Virus record (IMG/VR): IMGVR_UViG_3300042465_005589
Span: 248,001 to 312,000 of that record
Strand: one strand, 5' to 3'
Length of the DNA stretch: 64,000 nt
Positions 22,901 to 32,195 of the stretch are shown here, piece by piece. The notes under the pieces were generated by a model. That model saw only the letters and a program-made list of their open reading frames with translations, was not told the DNA's origin and ran no database searches. Each line of letters opens with the position of its first letter. The stretch's first letter is position 1. The translations under genes and the position numbers were made by a program.

Positions 22901-23871
22901 AATGAAGATAAAATATTTTTAATAAAATTTTCAATCCTATTTTTCATTTGTACAACAGTAATTTCAGGAAAATCATCAGGTATCATACCTTTTGATTTAT
23001 ATTCACTATATAACTCTCTAACTTTTTGATACCCTCTTGAAACAATAGAATCTTGGACGTTTGAAAAATTACTAGAACCCCCTTTAACTGTTTGTATATT
23101 AACTCTAGATTGATACATATGTGGGACAGCAATTAATGCCGCCATAGGTACCTCACTTAACAATGTATATTTGTAAGTAAAAAATTGTAATTTAATTTTA
23201 AAATTTCCATTAGATGTGTCATATCTAGTTGAAAATGTTTGTAACATTAATTTTAATTTAACCGCTTTACCATAAAACCCTTTTATTGTTAATTGAAACA
23301 TTGGATATGGTAAATTAAAAAATGCGGCGTATGGTGAATTATCACCCGCCTCAAACATGGCTCTACCTTTAACATCTTCTAATTCAATAGTGATTGAAGG
23401 TAAAAAATCTAAACCTTGTCTAATATTAATTGATGTAATACCCAACAATCCATTATCAACTGAGGCTTGTTTACCCCCTGAATTAATAGTTTGTCTAATG
23501 TAAAAATCGCTACTTTTATTTGGGTTTGAAACTGATGTTAGTTTTGGTTGATTTACACCATTACCTTTTATCGTATCTTTACCGGTTAATTCATCTGTAT
23601 ACGAATTATCTAGAAATGTTTTATCACCCGGTTTTAAAAAATTAATAGTGGCTATTGAAACTGTTTGTACTTGGTCGTTATTTGCAACACCAAGTGCTAA
23701 TTTGGTACGAGGTAAAACTTTACACTCCAAATTAGCATACATTACTAAATTTTCCTGCTTAACATATCGTTCTTGTACTTTTCCGTCATTATCTATAACT
23801 TTATTTGGGTCAATGATTGATATGTTATTATAATCAAACTCAACTAATATATTTTCCGATTTATCTACCAT
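16969..23871 (-). CDS. Giant baseplate hub-like protein (gp27/gpD-like termini with large insertions)
   Basis: N-terminal ITIELEDVKGRAMFE and later SYACTVSMMGNAMIQPTMYFNL...YMIQEVNHSI..FETVFKGIR resemble the hub fold; position after the gp53-like gene. Confidence 0.6.
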   Translation of the reverse strand: MVDKSENILVEFDYNNISIIDPNKVIDNDGKVQERYVKQENLVMYANLECKVLPRTKLALGVANNDQVQTVSIATINFLKPGDKTFLDNSYTDELTGKDTIKGNGVNQPKLTSVSNPNKSSDFYIRQTINSGGKQASVDNGLLGITSINIRQGLDFLPSITIELEDVKGRAMFEAGDNSPYAAFFNLPYPMFQLTIKGFYGKAVKLKLMLQTFSTRYDTSNGNFKIKLQFFTYKYTLLSEVPMAALIAVPHMYQSRVNIQTVKGGSSNFSNVQDSIVSRGYQKVRELYSEYKSKGMIPDDFPEITVVQMKNRIENFIKNILSSFSQQNLDPLTYVEEYQRLLGNLDKDVYAGAGTSWFYTYMDTENYLVMKGVNGVNGITEGSKVYTFKPEINTATKRDAALAKLQGIISEAQEKMDKNPVCGVNGKYTIDGKTNTDSKVPFKIKPSIFPVEPKENDVNVEETYRQRKKLSTQPTPLQLQEFKNQLATEGIFNSLVIVNKKGSEEKKFLFYIFEGKDRFEDLINQMATLVKKAKENIQEELTEALTNLLQKKDNGIGFVPNIRNVLAVIFANGEAFLRLMDDVHVQAWNLNDTQIKARRNSILNPETANASVDNLTSGDNKTLPIYPWPQMLTATSGKDGREKFELTYPGDKNVISQTKAYLTDLWPEVEFVEEFIRATTQTVKPPADPTETSNPVTDIQRVSLDAIEFPISNAVYDNKEEIKYFYEIFERIFLTSNYSGLLRSNGNTQDADKVTDVIAEAESINIIQSLSNDNPFIIKKLKEFGVNAGNFEILMRHISNDGTGESWQNFIRGIFNTSYIKNKVNNSSFEFLSQNLLNESKSQPLVSLPGEKNINDFISNSTSSNVFNLTDTYPFTNFAWVKSELANGNSISDIKSSYNTTKVLTYNTNKKIISNFLDITNDDNRRPFTNFLFNNIKSPIYYFDLKLFYENRSFDSQLPTEGNLRYLNYSGLVSSNQTVSMLNTPYFTNSIQEGVKNFRNGSEYPFVASAYLFLNSLPLSTLREKYKTYETNSVTDLDYIFATLKKFGAVHKLPYAWILKIGSVWNRYKNFVETGVDIIDTSWSGFSYVHNYDPVTNSASRNYGLTINGAQMDIVLEKNTTLGLETSSLMNTGFYPLLINDFNVFYQGFQIYSGYTDTDIQNGFSSGVTLNYVPEAIINMPEGFDPNNPKRDLRVIPWSVYITTLDKTSSYIIPSQGALINQTSNECITEETNQLKYEITGNTAMYNGSVRLFWSAPNYGYFDITKVVKPTPLKYLKQVFNLTGNTKQENFSINGKQDDYTEISEMFSVFEKEILDSFESEFLNFSKSIYDFDSEFISNSDTESTKSFKNFQMLMRNLMKIPKITGTTINTELVSAVQESQLTVLSNLLQSFLNYDVVFKYGNPASFDKRLFYTFSNGLIADPYTWSKYSFQIPTPLPTSGGTVTLSQSITNYPNEWKALQLYVGFSEIPQLRYSNNGSYITDFFVDCNIDFSVDNIKTFAPIIKIYATQKLNDNTLTYNKFVKLMNEYIASTDKFQSIIINKLMPKLQKQLPDVGSTPDAVLATALEGPQTKLEYWESFKALNDKWIAGNDFKTKTLFEDILLMDRANRNIGDKVLVDIHKLKKTLTNINPKTSMLIFVQDILVTNNFVVMNIPSYVNFYNVQDAVKNPVPKPEGTIDFANTMFGTFLNVDYRNSSAKMVCFYAGKPSEQPDFKNNANVRFKGDSFDLRRASDNPLIEDQIGKQDWDKSNKVVGFNVDVGPQNQSIFHGFQIDQSAGQATAESLQQTDELVKQSSGKAAGTQNVSLYNLYKNRSYACTVSMMGNAMIQPTMYFNLRHVPMFSGAYMIQEVNHSIGPGTFETVFKGIRQSISNLPEIDSYIQTLKTNLLTSIIEKNKQDKQAAIKESGTKGTDVISQANDKVKQASSKEANSVSTNPNCKPKISNYEKYVNVSSPTTTKSKYKDAISTIIVQTQDQKLRYLVFAAIYLGSSNGTELETKENNYSGVNLLQNWGATGESYFNQQYYCISSDEPYSIFSDLSKHVTFLIQRWKGRVTQLPEITAKEITKFYTLYFSANAENIDVYNKLVKDNPSQLSQMETSVQQSIDLFKTGSGNVSGTPPPNTPPTTNSNEALFENAKKFNTDSLDNLVIKNDVLSGSFEVGNQDELLTQDYPAKLYISGGMNNVQIGAFTIKPTTNKNVGTFVSVTNINEILETARNDKTYEFTLIIKINAFPDIRYGYSRVLLPISCPDEDYKYGQIVEVGKWEAIKDNICCNCYSEPYTGSEIIWDGKPCSRNGTTC

Positions 23872-24187
23872 AATAAAAGAAGTAATTTTCTAGGTCATTG
23901 TTGTAATCCTGTAAAGACGCTATTAAAGGATAGGGTATTGTCAAGATAGCCCCATCGGGGATATTCCACTCTTGACCAGCATATAGTGGATTTGCTTGTA
24001 ATATTAACCAACTAAAGAAAGGACTACCATAATATTGTTGAGAAACTTTATCTAATCTAGATTGAGCAACTTTAAAAATATATCTTTTGTCTGTAGATTT
24101 ACTTGGCAGAGCAATATATGGTACAACTGTTTGTTGTCCATTAACGATAAAATTATTGTATCTATTATAATAATCTTTAGTACCCAT
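23861..24187 (-). CDS. Baseplate wedge gp53 / LysM-like tail protein
   Basis: RLDKVSQQYYGSPFFSWLILQANP...GAILTIP motif. Confidence 0.8.
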   Translation of the reverse strand: MGTKDYYNRYNNFIVNGQQTVVPYIALPSKSTDKRYIFKVAQSRLDKVSQQYYGSPFFSWLILQANPLYAGQEWNIPDGAILTIPYPLIASLQDYNNDLENYFFYYGR

Positions 24188-24189
24188 AA

Positions 24190-27100
24190 TTAATCAAATT
24201 TTATTTTACCATCAAACGTTAATTTATCATTATTAACATTTACAGTTTTATATAAATTAGCAATATCTGTTTTTTGTTGTGTTTCAGTTGCAGGGTCAGG
24301 AACCGTAGTATAAGTAAACTTTCTCAATTTACCTTTAGGATAAGCCGGTTGATTTACAAATTTTAAATAAGATTCTTTTCCTTTAATCGTTTTAATAAAT
24401 TTTTCTTCAGCAATTAATTCTTTTTTAGTTAAATCGGCAAAATCATCACAAATATTATTAAATTTTCTAACTAATTTATTATCACTTTTTAATTCTCCGC
24501 TAATGATAGCATTCTTAAATTGTGTTAATTTATTTTTATCATTAAATATTTGAGCCATTACCATAAATTGTCTTTTATCCTGAACTGACGCTGTTGCAAA
24601 ATCTTTTGAAATTGGTTCAAATTCACCAGGACCTTCATATGGTACAGTAACTGTTGTAATTATTTTTTCAGCATCCATTAACACATTAAAATCGTCTAAT
24701 CTAATACCAACTAAACGATAGTCATCACACAATTCTTGATATGTGTCTAATGGAGACCCAAGACTAGCGGTATTAACTTCGGTTGTACCTGAAATAGTAT
24801 AAACACGAGGAATCCCGGTGTCTAAAATTTTACCATCCGTTTTAGTTGTTACTAAATTTATTTTTCTAATAATTTGAACCATACTTTGTTCTAATATTAC
24901 AATTTCTTGAATTTTAGTGAATAAACCACTACTATAACCCCCTTTTAATGTGGTAATATATTGATTCATATTTGTTTTAACTCGTTGAATTGTCGCATCT
25001 GTAAATTTATAACCCACTAATCTTGATATTATATAATTTTGATTAGTTGGATTATCAGCATTAATATCTGATATAAATGTACTAAATAATGAATCCACTT
25101 TAGTTTCAACACCTTCCGGTTTTCCATAAATTGGAGCTAATATACTACTAGAATTTAAACTTATTTCTCCCGAAGTATACAATCTATCCTGAGTTATTAA
25201 TTGCCACACACCATAATTGTATGATTTCACAATACTATCACTTTGATTTAAAACATTTGTATAATATTCTTTCGTAGCATCTAATATTTTATCCATAATA
25301 CTCATATAGGTAATTTCCCCTGTTTGACCACTAGTAACCGGAATGTTAGTTAATATGTCACCAATAGTATTTCCACCATCATTAGTAATTTCATTTTGAA
25401 CATTATTAACAGTAACCGGTGGTTGAGCATTTAATATTGATTGGATTAATGTAGCATCTAACGCTGAAGTATCTTCTGTCCATTTAGCCCTTTCATCATA
25501 AATTTCAGTATTTGCGTAGAAATTAAATGACAACGCGTTTTGTAATTGTTCGACAGGTCTAGCAAGTCCCATACCACCAATCATATCAAAACTTAAATTT
25601 ACGTTAGCTAACATCGGTTGAATACCAATTCCTTCCGGATTCATATCCAACAATAATGGTTCATATGTAAATGATATTGTTTTTGGAATTATTTTTCCGT
25701 TATAGAAATCCCCAATTCTCAATACTAATACCGGTGGCGCTCCAAATGAAGTATTAACCGCATCATTATATTTTGGTTTACCGTCCGCGCCTATCACAGG
25801 AATTGTTTCACCAGGTCTAACACATTGATTTAAAAATGTAAGTCTAGAATTTAAACCTTCAGGTGTCATAGAGTGAAAAGCGGGATTGAAAAATTTAATT
25901 TTATCCGCTATAGACCCATATACCATAGGATTAGTTTCTTTAATAACATCAAAATAGTCACATTCAGTTAATAATTGTCTAATAATTCTTTTCCCAATAC
26001 CTTCTTTTAATTTTTGTTCAATTGTAACTGTCTGAACAGGTTTAATCGTATTAATTGTTGTATTGGTCACTTCAGGCGTTATTATTTCCGCCTTTTCAGG
26101 TGGTTTTACTATAGTTGTTGGAGCAATTGGTGCAATTGCAATACTATTAATTTTAACTCTTCTACATGCCATAGCATCTGTTGAATATGTCTCAGCTTTT
26201 TTGTTAGAAACATCTGTACCCGATGATGATACAACATTTTTAGTACATTCAACTTGCGTTCCCGTACCAGACTCACTTTGAGGAATAGATATTTTTTCAC
26301 CTTCACCACTTTGTAATGTAATTTGTAAAGTTCCATTTTCAAAAAATGGTGCTAAATTAGCTTCACCTATTTTATACTCTTTCAAAAATTGGATAACCGA
26401 ATCATTTCTTCGTTTAGATAAATTTGTGTTATACGGTACACTAGCAGTTGCTGATGCTGAACCAACCATCTGAATATTTATAGTACCTTTTTTTTCTTTT
26501 AATATGTTATAAGCGTCAACAATGAAGTTTTTATCATTAAGTGCAATTTTTTTATAATTATCCTTAACAATATTAGTAAAGAACTCCCCAACATTTCTAT
26601 TAGTAACACCAACATTAAAAATTGCGCTTGCAGTATCAACATATGTTTTAATATTTCCGTCACTAGTATATGTTTCATATGTTTCATTATAAGGAACTGA
26701 AGAAACAACACCTTTTGAGTTTGGGTCAGGAATATCATTATCAAAATAAAACGCTAACTGAGAATAATTCTTTTTGAAATCGTCAATTGAAGTATCCGGA
26801 TTTGTCGTACTATTTGTTGCATCACCAGGCGTTCCCGCACCTCCTTGAGTTACAGAATTTTCTCTTGGAATACTAGCACTTACACTTTTTAATTCTTCAT
26901 TCGTTAAATTTGGTTTACTTAAAATCTCTTGATACGTATATAAATCCTTTGTTGGTATAGTATTAAATTTTAACGCCAATTCATAAATATCATACTTAAC
27001 ACAACCAGCAAAAAATGAATCAATAATTGAATTAATCCTTTCTTTATTTTGTCCTTTTAATTGTTTTTCCACAACAGCATTCATTACAGATGGACTATCA

Positions 27101-29205
27101 ACAATAATCTTCCAACTTAAACTCCCTGTTCTACTTGTATTTTTATATGTGTAAATTGGTTCAGGTCTACCTAAGAAAGAAGTATCATTCCAATTAGCAG
27201 TACTACTATCTGAAAACTTTAAATCATACGGAGGAAACCACATAACTCTACCACCATTTGGACCTTTCTCACAAACAGGTAATTCATCATAAGTAAATCC
27301 AGGTCTACTTGATGTTCTCCAAGCTAAATTCTCAATTGAGAACATATATTTTTTAGCATATCCCCCCGTTCCATTAACATTATTCGCAATAATGTTTGTT
27401 GAGCCCGGATTTCTTAATGGAGTAATATTCAAATTATATGTGTTATCCAAAACAGAATGAGTAAATCTTCTACCTGATGTAGTTATACCATCTGTTTTTT
27501 GTAAATCATTATATGCGTAATAAGGATTATCTTTTGTGAAAACTCTACAATATTCAATACCGGCAGCCCCACCTGTTGTATTATCAGTATACGATAAAAC
27601 TTGAGAACCTTTAGTAATTTCTTTATAACCATCATTGAATACCTTACTAATCTGATTCATTGCGTTACCAACGTGTTTCAATCGAGCAATACCCGTAACA
27701 CTATCAGCCGAATCAATTAATCTTTGAGTTTGGTCTAATATTGATGTTGATTTAAATTCAATGTTTGTTGATTCATCTCTAGTGATGTTTCCACTAACCA
27801 ATTGATAGTCCTCATCCATAGTTCCGGAACCACCACCCGGTATCGCTCTGAATCCAGCATTGGCTTTATATTTTGGAGATACCCAAACAAATCCTCCGTC
27901 AATACCCCCACCGTCACTATAGGACTTACCTCCTAAACCAAAATTGTTAAGTGTTGATTCATTACCTTCATATAAAATACCCATCTCTGATGGACCATAT
28001 ACAGGTGAAGGGTCTTGTTGACCAAATGCGTTAACCGGTATTTGATTTGGGGGTGATGTAATGTAAGAAGGTTCAGATGTTCTATTACCAACATAATAAC
28101 CTCCAACTAATGTACCATTACCCGGATTAATATTTGGAACTAATAAATTAACAAGACCTTGAGCAACCCCAAATAATAAACCATAATCTTTATCGTATGA
28201 TGGTTGATATCTATTATAATTAATATTTGCAAATAAAACTGACCTTTGTCCGTTACCTGTGTTGGCTAAAAATATTTGTGAACCACCTCTACTAAGATTT
28301 AATATTGGACCTAATAAACCACCTGTTAATTGATTAACAGTACTTAAAGCATTTGATGTTTGTTGTGTTTGACTATTTTCGTTATTATCATTGAAATAAT
28401 CTCCCGGTATTAATGAAACTGGCCAATAAGCACCCGCCAATCTTGTTAAGAAGTCGGCAGCGGCAACAACAGGGTTTTCAGGCACTGTAATCTTCCAATT
28501 TTTATAAATTAAAGGTTGTTGACCTGACAACATCATACTAATCTCAAACGGGTCTTGTAGAGATTGTAAATTTATTTGACCTAATGTGTTTTGAAATAAT
28601 TCAGCATCAATTCTTTTTTTCAATAACGAATTTAATTCAAGAGCTCCAAATCTCGCAATAAAAGAATCCTGAGATAGCAACCCATTACTTCCAATAGGAT
28701 TATTTGATAATAAAATATTATAAGGCGAATAAGTTGATGGAGCAAAACTTGGTGGTTCCCAATAAGGTTGATATATCTTATTGTTATTTTCAACATCTGT
28801 TATAATAACTAAATCATTATAACCACCCGACGGTCCATACCCATTTTGAATATAAGCAGCATCAATAAAAAATTCATTAAGTAAGTCTAACGCTGTGTCG
28901 TTGGGGTTATATTCCCCCTGATTTGAATTTACAGGTAAAGGAGGTCCGTTAAAATTAATTTCTAAATTATACCCACCATTAGGTCCATATTCGTTTAATG
29001 GATATAATAAATTACCATATGGGTCATTCGTTATTAACTCACCTGGTGAATCAATAACATTACTTACACCTAAAATGGTTTCGTAATTAACTTGATTTGC
29101 CGGTGGGGTGTACACTCCTTGAACACTATAAGGTGCCAAGTTTTTCGCCATTAGAGAATTTCTAAAGGAAGACGTGGACGCAAATGATAATGAACTCTCT
29201 GCCAT
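24190..29205 (-). CDS. Baseplate tail-tube initiator (gp48/54-like) with inserted OmpA-like domain
   Basis: FSDSSTANWNDTSFLGRPEPIYTYKNTSRTGSLSW and PPVLVLRIGDFY flank FYFDND..GSAS..YNTNLSKRRNDSV..GEGE..RRVKI. Confidence 0.65.
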   Translation of the reverse strand: MAESSLSFASTSSFRNSLMAKNLAPYSVQGVYTPPANQVNYETILGVSNVIDSPGELITNDPYGNLLYPLNEYGPNGGYNLEINFNGPPLPVNSNQGEYNPNDTALDLLNEFFIDAAYIQNGYGPSGGYNDLVIITDVENNNKIYQPYWEPPSFAPSTYSPYNILLSNNPIGSNGLLSQDSFIARFGALELNSLLKKRIDAELFQNTLGQINLQSLQDPFEISMMLSGQQPLIYKNWKITVPENPVVAAADFLTRLAGAYWPVSLIPGDYFNDNNENSQTQQTSNALSTVNQLTGGLLGPILNLSRGGSQIFLANTGNGQRSVLFANINYNRYQPSYDKDYGLLFGVAQGLVNLLVPNINPGNGTLVGGYYVGNRTSEPSYITSPPNQIPVNAFGQQDPSPVYGPSEMGILYEGNESTLNNFGLGGKSYSDGGGIDGGFVWVSPKYKANAGFRAIPGGGSGTMDEDYQLVSGNITRDESTNIEFKSTSILDQTQRLIDSADSVTGIARLKHVGNAMNQISKVFNDGYKEITKGSQVLSYTDNTTGGAAGIEYCRVFTKDNPYYAYNDLQKTDGITTSGRRFTHSVLDNTYNLNITPLRNPGSTNIIANNVNGTGGYAKKYMFSIENLAWRTSSRPGFTYDELPVCEKGPNGGRVMWFPPYDLKFSDSSTANWNDTSFLGRPEPIYTYKNTSRTGSLSWKIIVDSPSVMNAVVEKQLKGQNKERINSIIDSFFAGCVKYDIYELALKFNTIPTKDLYTYQEILSKPNLTNEELKSVSASIPRENSVTQGGAGTPGDATNSTTNPDTSIDDFKKNYSQLAFYFDNDIPDPNSKGVVSSVPYNETYETYTSDGNIKTYVDTASAIFNVGVTNRNVGEFFTNIVKDNYKKIALNDKNFIVDAYNILKEKKGTINIQMVGSASATASVPYNTNLSKRRNDSVIQFLKEYKIGEANLAPFFENGTLQITLQSGEGEKISIPQSESGTGTQVECTKNVVSSSGTDVSNKKAETYSTDAMACRRVKINSIAIAPIAPTTIVKPPEKAEIITPEVTNTTINTIKPVQTVTIEQKLKEGIGKRIIRQLLTECDYFDVIKETNPMVYGSIADKIKFFNPAFHSMTPEGLNSRLTFLNQCVRPGETIPVIGADGKPKYNDAVNTSFGAPPVLVLRIGDFYNGKIIPKTISFTYEPLLLDMNPEGIGIQPMLANVNLSFDMIGGMGLARPVEQLQNALSFNFYANTEIYDERAKWTEDTSALDATLIQSILNAQPPVTVNNVQNEITNDGGNTIGDILTNIPVTSGQTGEITYMSIMDKILDATKEYYTNVLNQSDSIVKSYNYGVWQLITQDRLYTSGEISLNSSSILAPIYGKPEGVETKVDSLFSTFISDINADNPTNQNYIISRLVGYKFTDATIQRVKTNMNQYITTLKGGYSSGLFTKIQEIVILEQSMVQIIRKINLVTTKTDGKILDTGIPRVYTISGTTEVNTASLGSPLDTYQELCDDYRLVGIRLDDFNVLMDAEKIITTVTVPYEGPGEFEPISKDFATASVQDKRQFMVMAQIFNDKNKLTQFKNAIISGELKSDNKLVRKFNNICDDFADLTKKELIAEEKFIKTIKGKESYLKFVNQPAYPKGKLRKFTYTTVPDPATETQQKTDIANLYKTVNVNNDKLTFDGKIKFD

Positions 29206-29242
29206 ATATTCTAATTTATCTATAAATAGATTGTACTTTATT

Positions 29243-31138
29243 TTATGTTGTTAATGTTGAACTTAAATTAGAGTTCATTAACTGTGTTTTGTTTGCCGTT
29301 GGAGCCAATAAACCATTACTAAACATTCCCTCTTTTATCGCCATAACAATACCTTGTTGAACATCCGTATTCTTAAGTGCCATAACAATTTGATTAGTAT
29401 CTACATTACCATTAGTCTTTAAATCAACATTATGATTTAAAGTGATTTCAATTGGTGTTTTTGTTGTATTACTATTTGAACTTTGTTGTTCATTAGTCGA
29501 CATTGTTGACGTATTTCTAACATTACTAATATCTCTTTTAACATTTGTTGGATTAGCATCCGATGATTGTTTTTTAGCACTAGAGGTGGCTCTTAAATCA
29601 TTTTTCATCAATTGTTCCATTCGGGCAACATTAGGAAAATCTTTATTTAACTTTTCTTGTTCTTCTTTAGCGGTATTCATTCCTGTTTGAAATGCTGATT
29701 TAATCAATGTATTTAACTTTGATAAATTTTCCCCAACTTCCTTTCTAGCCTCAGCAGCTGTTATTTCACCATCTGTTAATCTTTTAAGAGTGTCTAAACT
29801 TCTATCAATCCCTGTATCAATTGTCCCTCTAAGATTTTTTGAGTCTAATTCTTTTGGTGATAGAACTTTTCTTGCACTTGTTGTTGCTGCTCTAGTATAT
29901 TTTTGAACACCAGTCATACTTTTACTACCGGCGAGAGCTAATCCCGGTTTATCAGCCAATGATTTAATGTCGGCAGCAATAGACACCAACGTAGATAATT
30001 GGTCTTTAGCCAACTCCTCCATAGTTTTTGGAGCGGTATTAGCCATTTTTTCAAGATTTGCAACATCTGTAGCATTTAATTCATCTATAGCCTTTGCAAC
30101 TGTTTTTCCTGTTTCTGGGTCAGTTACTTGTACCTCATATTTACCTCCAGCACCCATTTCAGACATATTGGCTATCGTCTTTTGCATCTTTTCGTCTAAC
30201 TCAGGTAACTCAGGAAAACGAATTTTACTCATTTTATCCTCTAACTCCGCACTTGCCAAAGACATTTTTGCCAATTCACCTGCGGGTAATCCCATCGCCT
30301 TCTCTAACTCCCTCATTTGACGTTTTGCTCCCGGCATAATTTCAAATTGACCTTTTTCATTTAATTGAGTAAATGATTTACCCATCTCCGCCATTTGATT
30401 TTGTAATTCAGCGGGGTCATTCTGAGCTAAGTCCATTAATTTTAACGGGTCAAGTAAACTACTTTGAGTAACACCTAATCTTTGCATAGCTGCCGCCATT
30501 TCAATAGCACCTTCAGGGTCAAAAACTTTTTCAGCAAAACCTAACGTTGTTTTCATATCAATTCTTAACATAGCCGCTTGTGCCGCCATTTTTGCTAAAC
30601 CTGATACACCACCTTCAAAATTATATTTACTAAGAGAGTCCATATTTTGTAAAACAGCTGAAGACACTTTTTGTGCATTAACACCTGATTGAGCAGCAAT
30701 ATCCACAACATTTTTCATTTCCTTAGCGACTTGTCCCGCACCATATCCCGCATCTTTAAATCCTTTAACTAATGGACCAATTTGTTCACCAGTAACTTTC
30801 ATTGTTGCGTAAAGGTCTTTATTTACTTCAGCAGATAACACAACATTTCTACCTAAAGCTGATGACGCCTCTTTTTGAGTCTCAATTACATCTTTGATAT
30901 CACCACCTAAAACTCTAACACTACTAACTGCATCCGCCATTGTTGCACTTAATGTTTGAGCCATTTGTTGACCAAGACCAAATTGTTTTAAAAGTTCACT
31001 TGACCCCGCATCTAGTTGTGCAACAACCTTACCAACCGCATCAACACTAAAATTACTTTCTAAAGCATCTCCTAACGACTTAAGAATATCCTTACCTTTT
31101 TTTTCACTAGCCTCTAAATTACTTCCAGCATCTTGCAT
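29243..31138 (-). CDS. Tape measure protein
   Basis: Ala/Met/Lys/Gln-rich helical protein located between the chaperone and baseplate genes. Confidence 0.7.
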   Translation of the reverse strand: MQDAGSNLEASEKKGKDILKSLGDALESNFSVDAVGKVVAQLDAGSSELLKQFGLGQQMAQTLSATMADAVSSVRVLGGDIKDVIETQKEASSALGRNVVLSAEVNKDLYATMKVTGEQIGPLVKGFKDAGYGAGQVAKEMKNVVDIAAQSGVNAQKVSSAVLQNMDSLSKYNFEGGVSGLAKMAAQAAMLRIDMKTTLGFAEKVFDPEGAIEMAAAMQRLGVTQSSLLDPLKLMDLAQNDPAELQNQMAEMGKSFTQLNEKGQFEIMPGAKRQMRELEKAMGLPAGELAKMSLASAELEDKMSKIRFPELPELDEKMQKTIANMSEMGAGGKYEVQVTDPETGKTVAKAIDELNATDVANLEKMANTAPKTMEELAKDQLSTLVSIAADIKSLADKPGLALAGSKSMTGVQKYTRAATTSARKVLSPKELDSKNLRGTIDTGIDRSLDTLKRLTDGEITAAEARKEVGENLSKLNTLIKSAFQTGMNTAKEEQEKLNKDFPNVARMEQLMKNDLRATSSAKKQSSDANPTNVKRDISNVRNTSTMSTNEQQSSNSNTTKTPIEITLNHNVDLKTNGNVDTNQIVMALKNTDVQQGIVMAIKEGMFSNGLLAPTANKTQLMNSNLSSTLTT

Positions 31139-31159
31139 ATTAAATTTCTTTTATAAATA

Positions 31160-31201
31160 AATACACCAAAGACATATTTTAATTTACGTCTTTGGTGTAT
31201 T
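31160..31201. repeat. 14 bp perfect inverted repeat over the end of the gp51-like frame
   Basis: AATACACCAAAGAC ... GTCTTTGGTGTATT. Confidence 0.7.
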
Positions 31202-31342
31202 ATCTTCTATTATTCTGTTTATTAAAAATTTTCTAACATAAGTGGGCATCTCGTTGAAATCATTATAAGAAGTCCTTATAAATTTAGCCATCAAGTAATA
31301 TTCCTCAATTAGAAGTTGCCGATAGTTAAAAGAAAGGCCGAA
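31184..31342 (-). CDS. gp51-like tail/baseplate assembly chaperone frame, probably reached by frameshift
   Basis: Not in the track. FGLSFNYRQLLIEEYYLMAKFIRTSYNDFNEMPTYVRKFLINRIIEDNTPKT*, in the +1 frame overlapping the end of the upstream gene. Confidence 0.7.
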   Translation of the reverse strand, partial: FGLSFNYRQLLIEEYYLMAKFIRTSYNDFNEMPTYVRKFLINRIIEDNTPKT

Positions 31343-32081
31343 AAAACTCCACCCCAAAGGTTATCTCGAAAGATACCAGTTCTCCTGACGGGGCGTTTGC
31401 TGTTCTCTTAAGGTCCAATGACGGTTCATTCTCCCTTAAAAAAGTTCTTATGTATTTAGAGTCCATAATTGGTAAAGTATCTACAAACATAGCTATTTTA
31501 CCTCTATCGTTATCCCCATCAATTTCAACAATTTGTTTTTGTAATTTCCAAGTAATTCTTGGTGCCTGTCTTCCTGCAGGATATTGTTCAACCATTTTAT
31601 CTAACTCAATAGTATCATAGAAAGTTGTTGGTCTTAATTTAACAGTAATACCTGTTTTAGGTAATTTAGTTAAGAAAAATCCATTTTCATCCGGTTGATT
31701 TTGGGTTTTTTTAATATTTAACTCATCCAATATAACAGTATGAGTAAATAATTTGTTAGTTTGTGGGTCAGTTAAATTAACTGTGTATTCAGCGCCAAAC
31801 GAAGTATTTCTTAAAAATATCAAAATAGCTTCAACATCACCATCAAGTAGTTCTTCAGGACGTAAATCATGTTCATATAATTTATTACGTAATAAAGTTA
31901 ATACCACATTTTCTTTACCCGCTAGCGCACCAATTAAATAATTTTCATCAGACGCTGTTAAGTAACCGATTTTAACCGATTTTCTTTTAGATTTATAAAA
32001 AATTCCACCACTAGGTAATGATACCACATCATGTGGTAATGTGAAATTTTCTGTTCCTGCATTAATTAAACTCTCATCCAT
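31326..32081 (-). CDS. Baseplate hub / tail assembly chaperone (T4 gp26-like)
   Basis: VSLPSGGIFY, LTASDE, LLDGDVEAILIFLRNTSFG and C-terminal GVEFFRP; between tube and tape measure. Confidence 0.8.
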   Translation of the reverse strand: MDESLINAGTENFTLPHDVVSLPSGGIFYKSKRKSVKIGYLTASDENYLIGALAGKENVVLTLLRNKLYEHDLRPEELLDGDVEAILIFLRNTSFGAEYTVNLTDPQTNKLFTHTVILDELNIKKTQNQPDENGFFLTKLPKTGITVKLRPTTFYDTIELDKMVEQYPAGRQAPRITWKLQKQIVEIDGDNDRGKIAMFVDTLPIMDSKYIRTFLRENEPSLDLKRTANAPSGELVSFEITFGVEFFRPFF

Positions 32082-32138
32082 ATAAATTTGTTTTTATTAT
32101 AAATAATAATTGTATACTTTTTTTTATAAATAGTTAAT

Positions 32139-32169
32139 AAAAAATCCACATATTTTTGATATGTGGATT
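32139..32169 (-). terminator. Intrinsic terminator after tail tube gene
   Basis: Minus strand AATCCACATAT-CAAAA-ATATGTGGATT followed by Ts. Confidence 0.75.
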
Positions 32170-32195
32170 CTTAAATTTAAATATAAAATATTATT

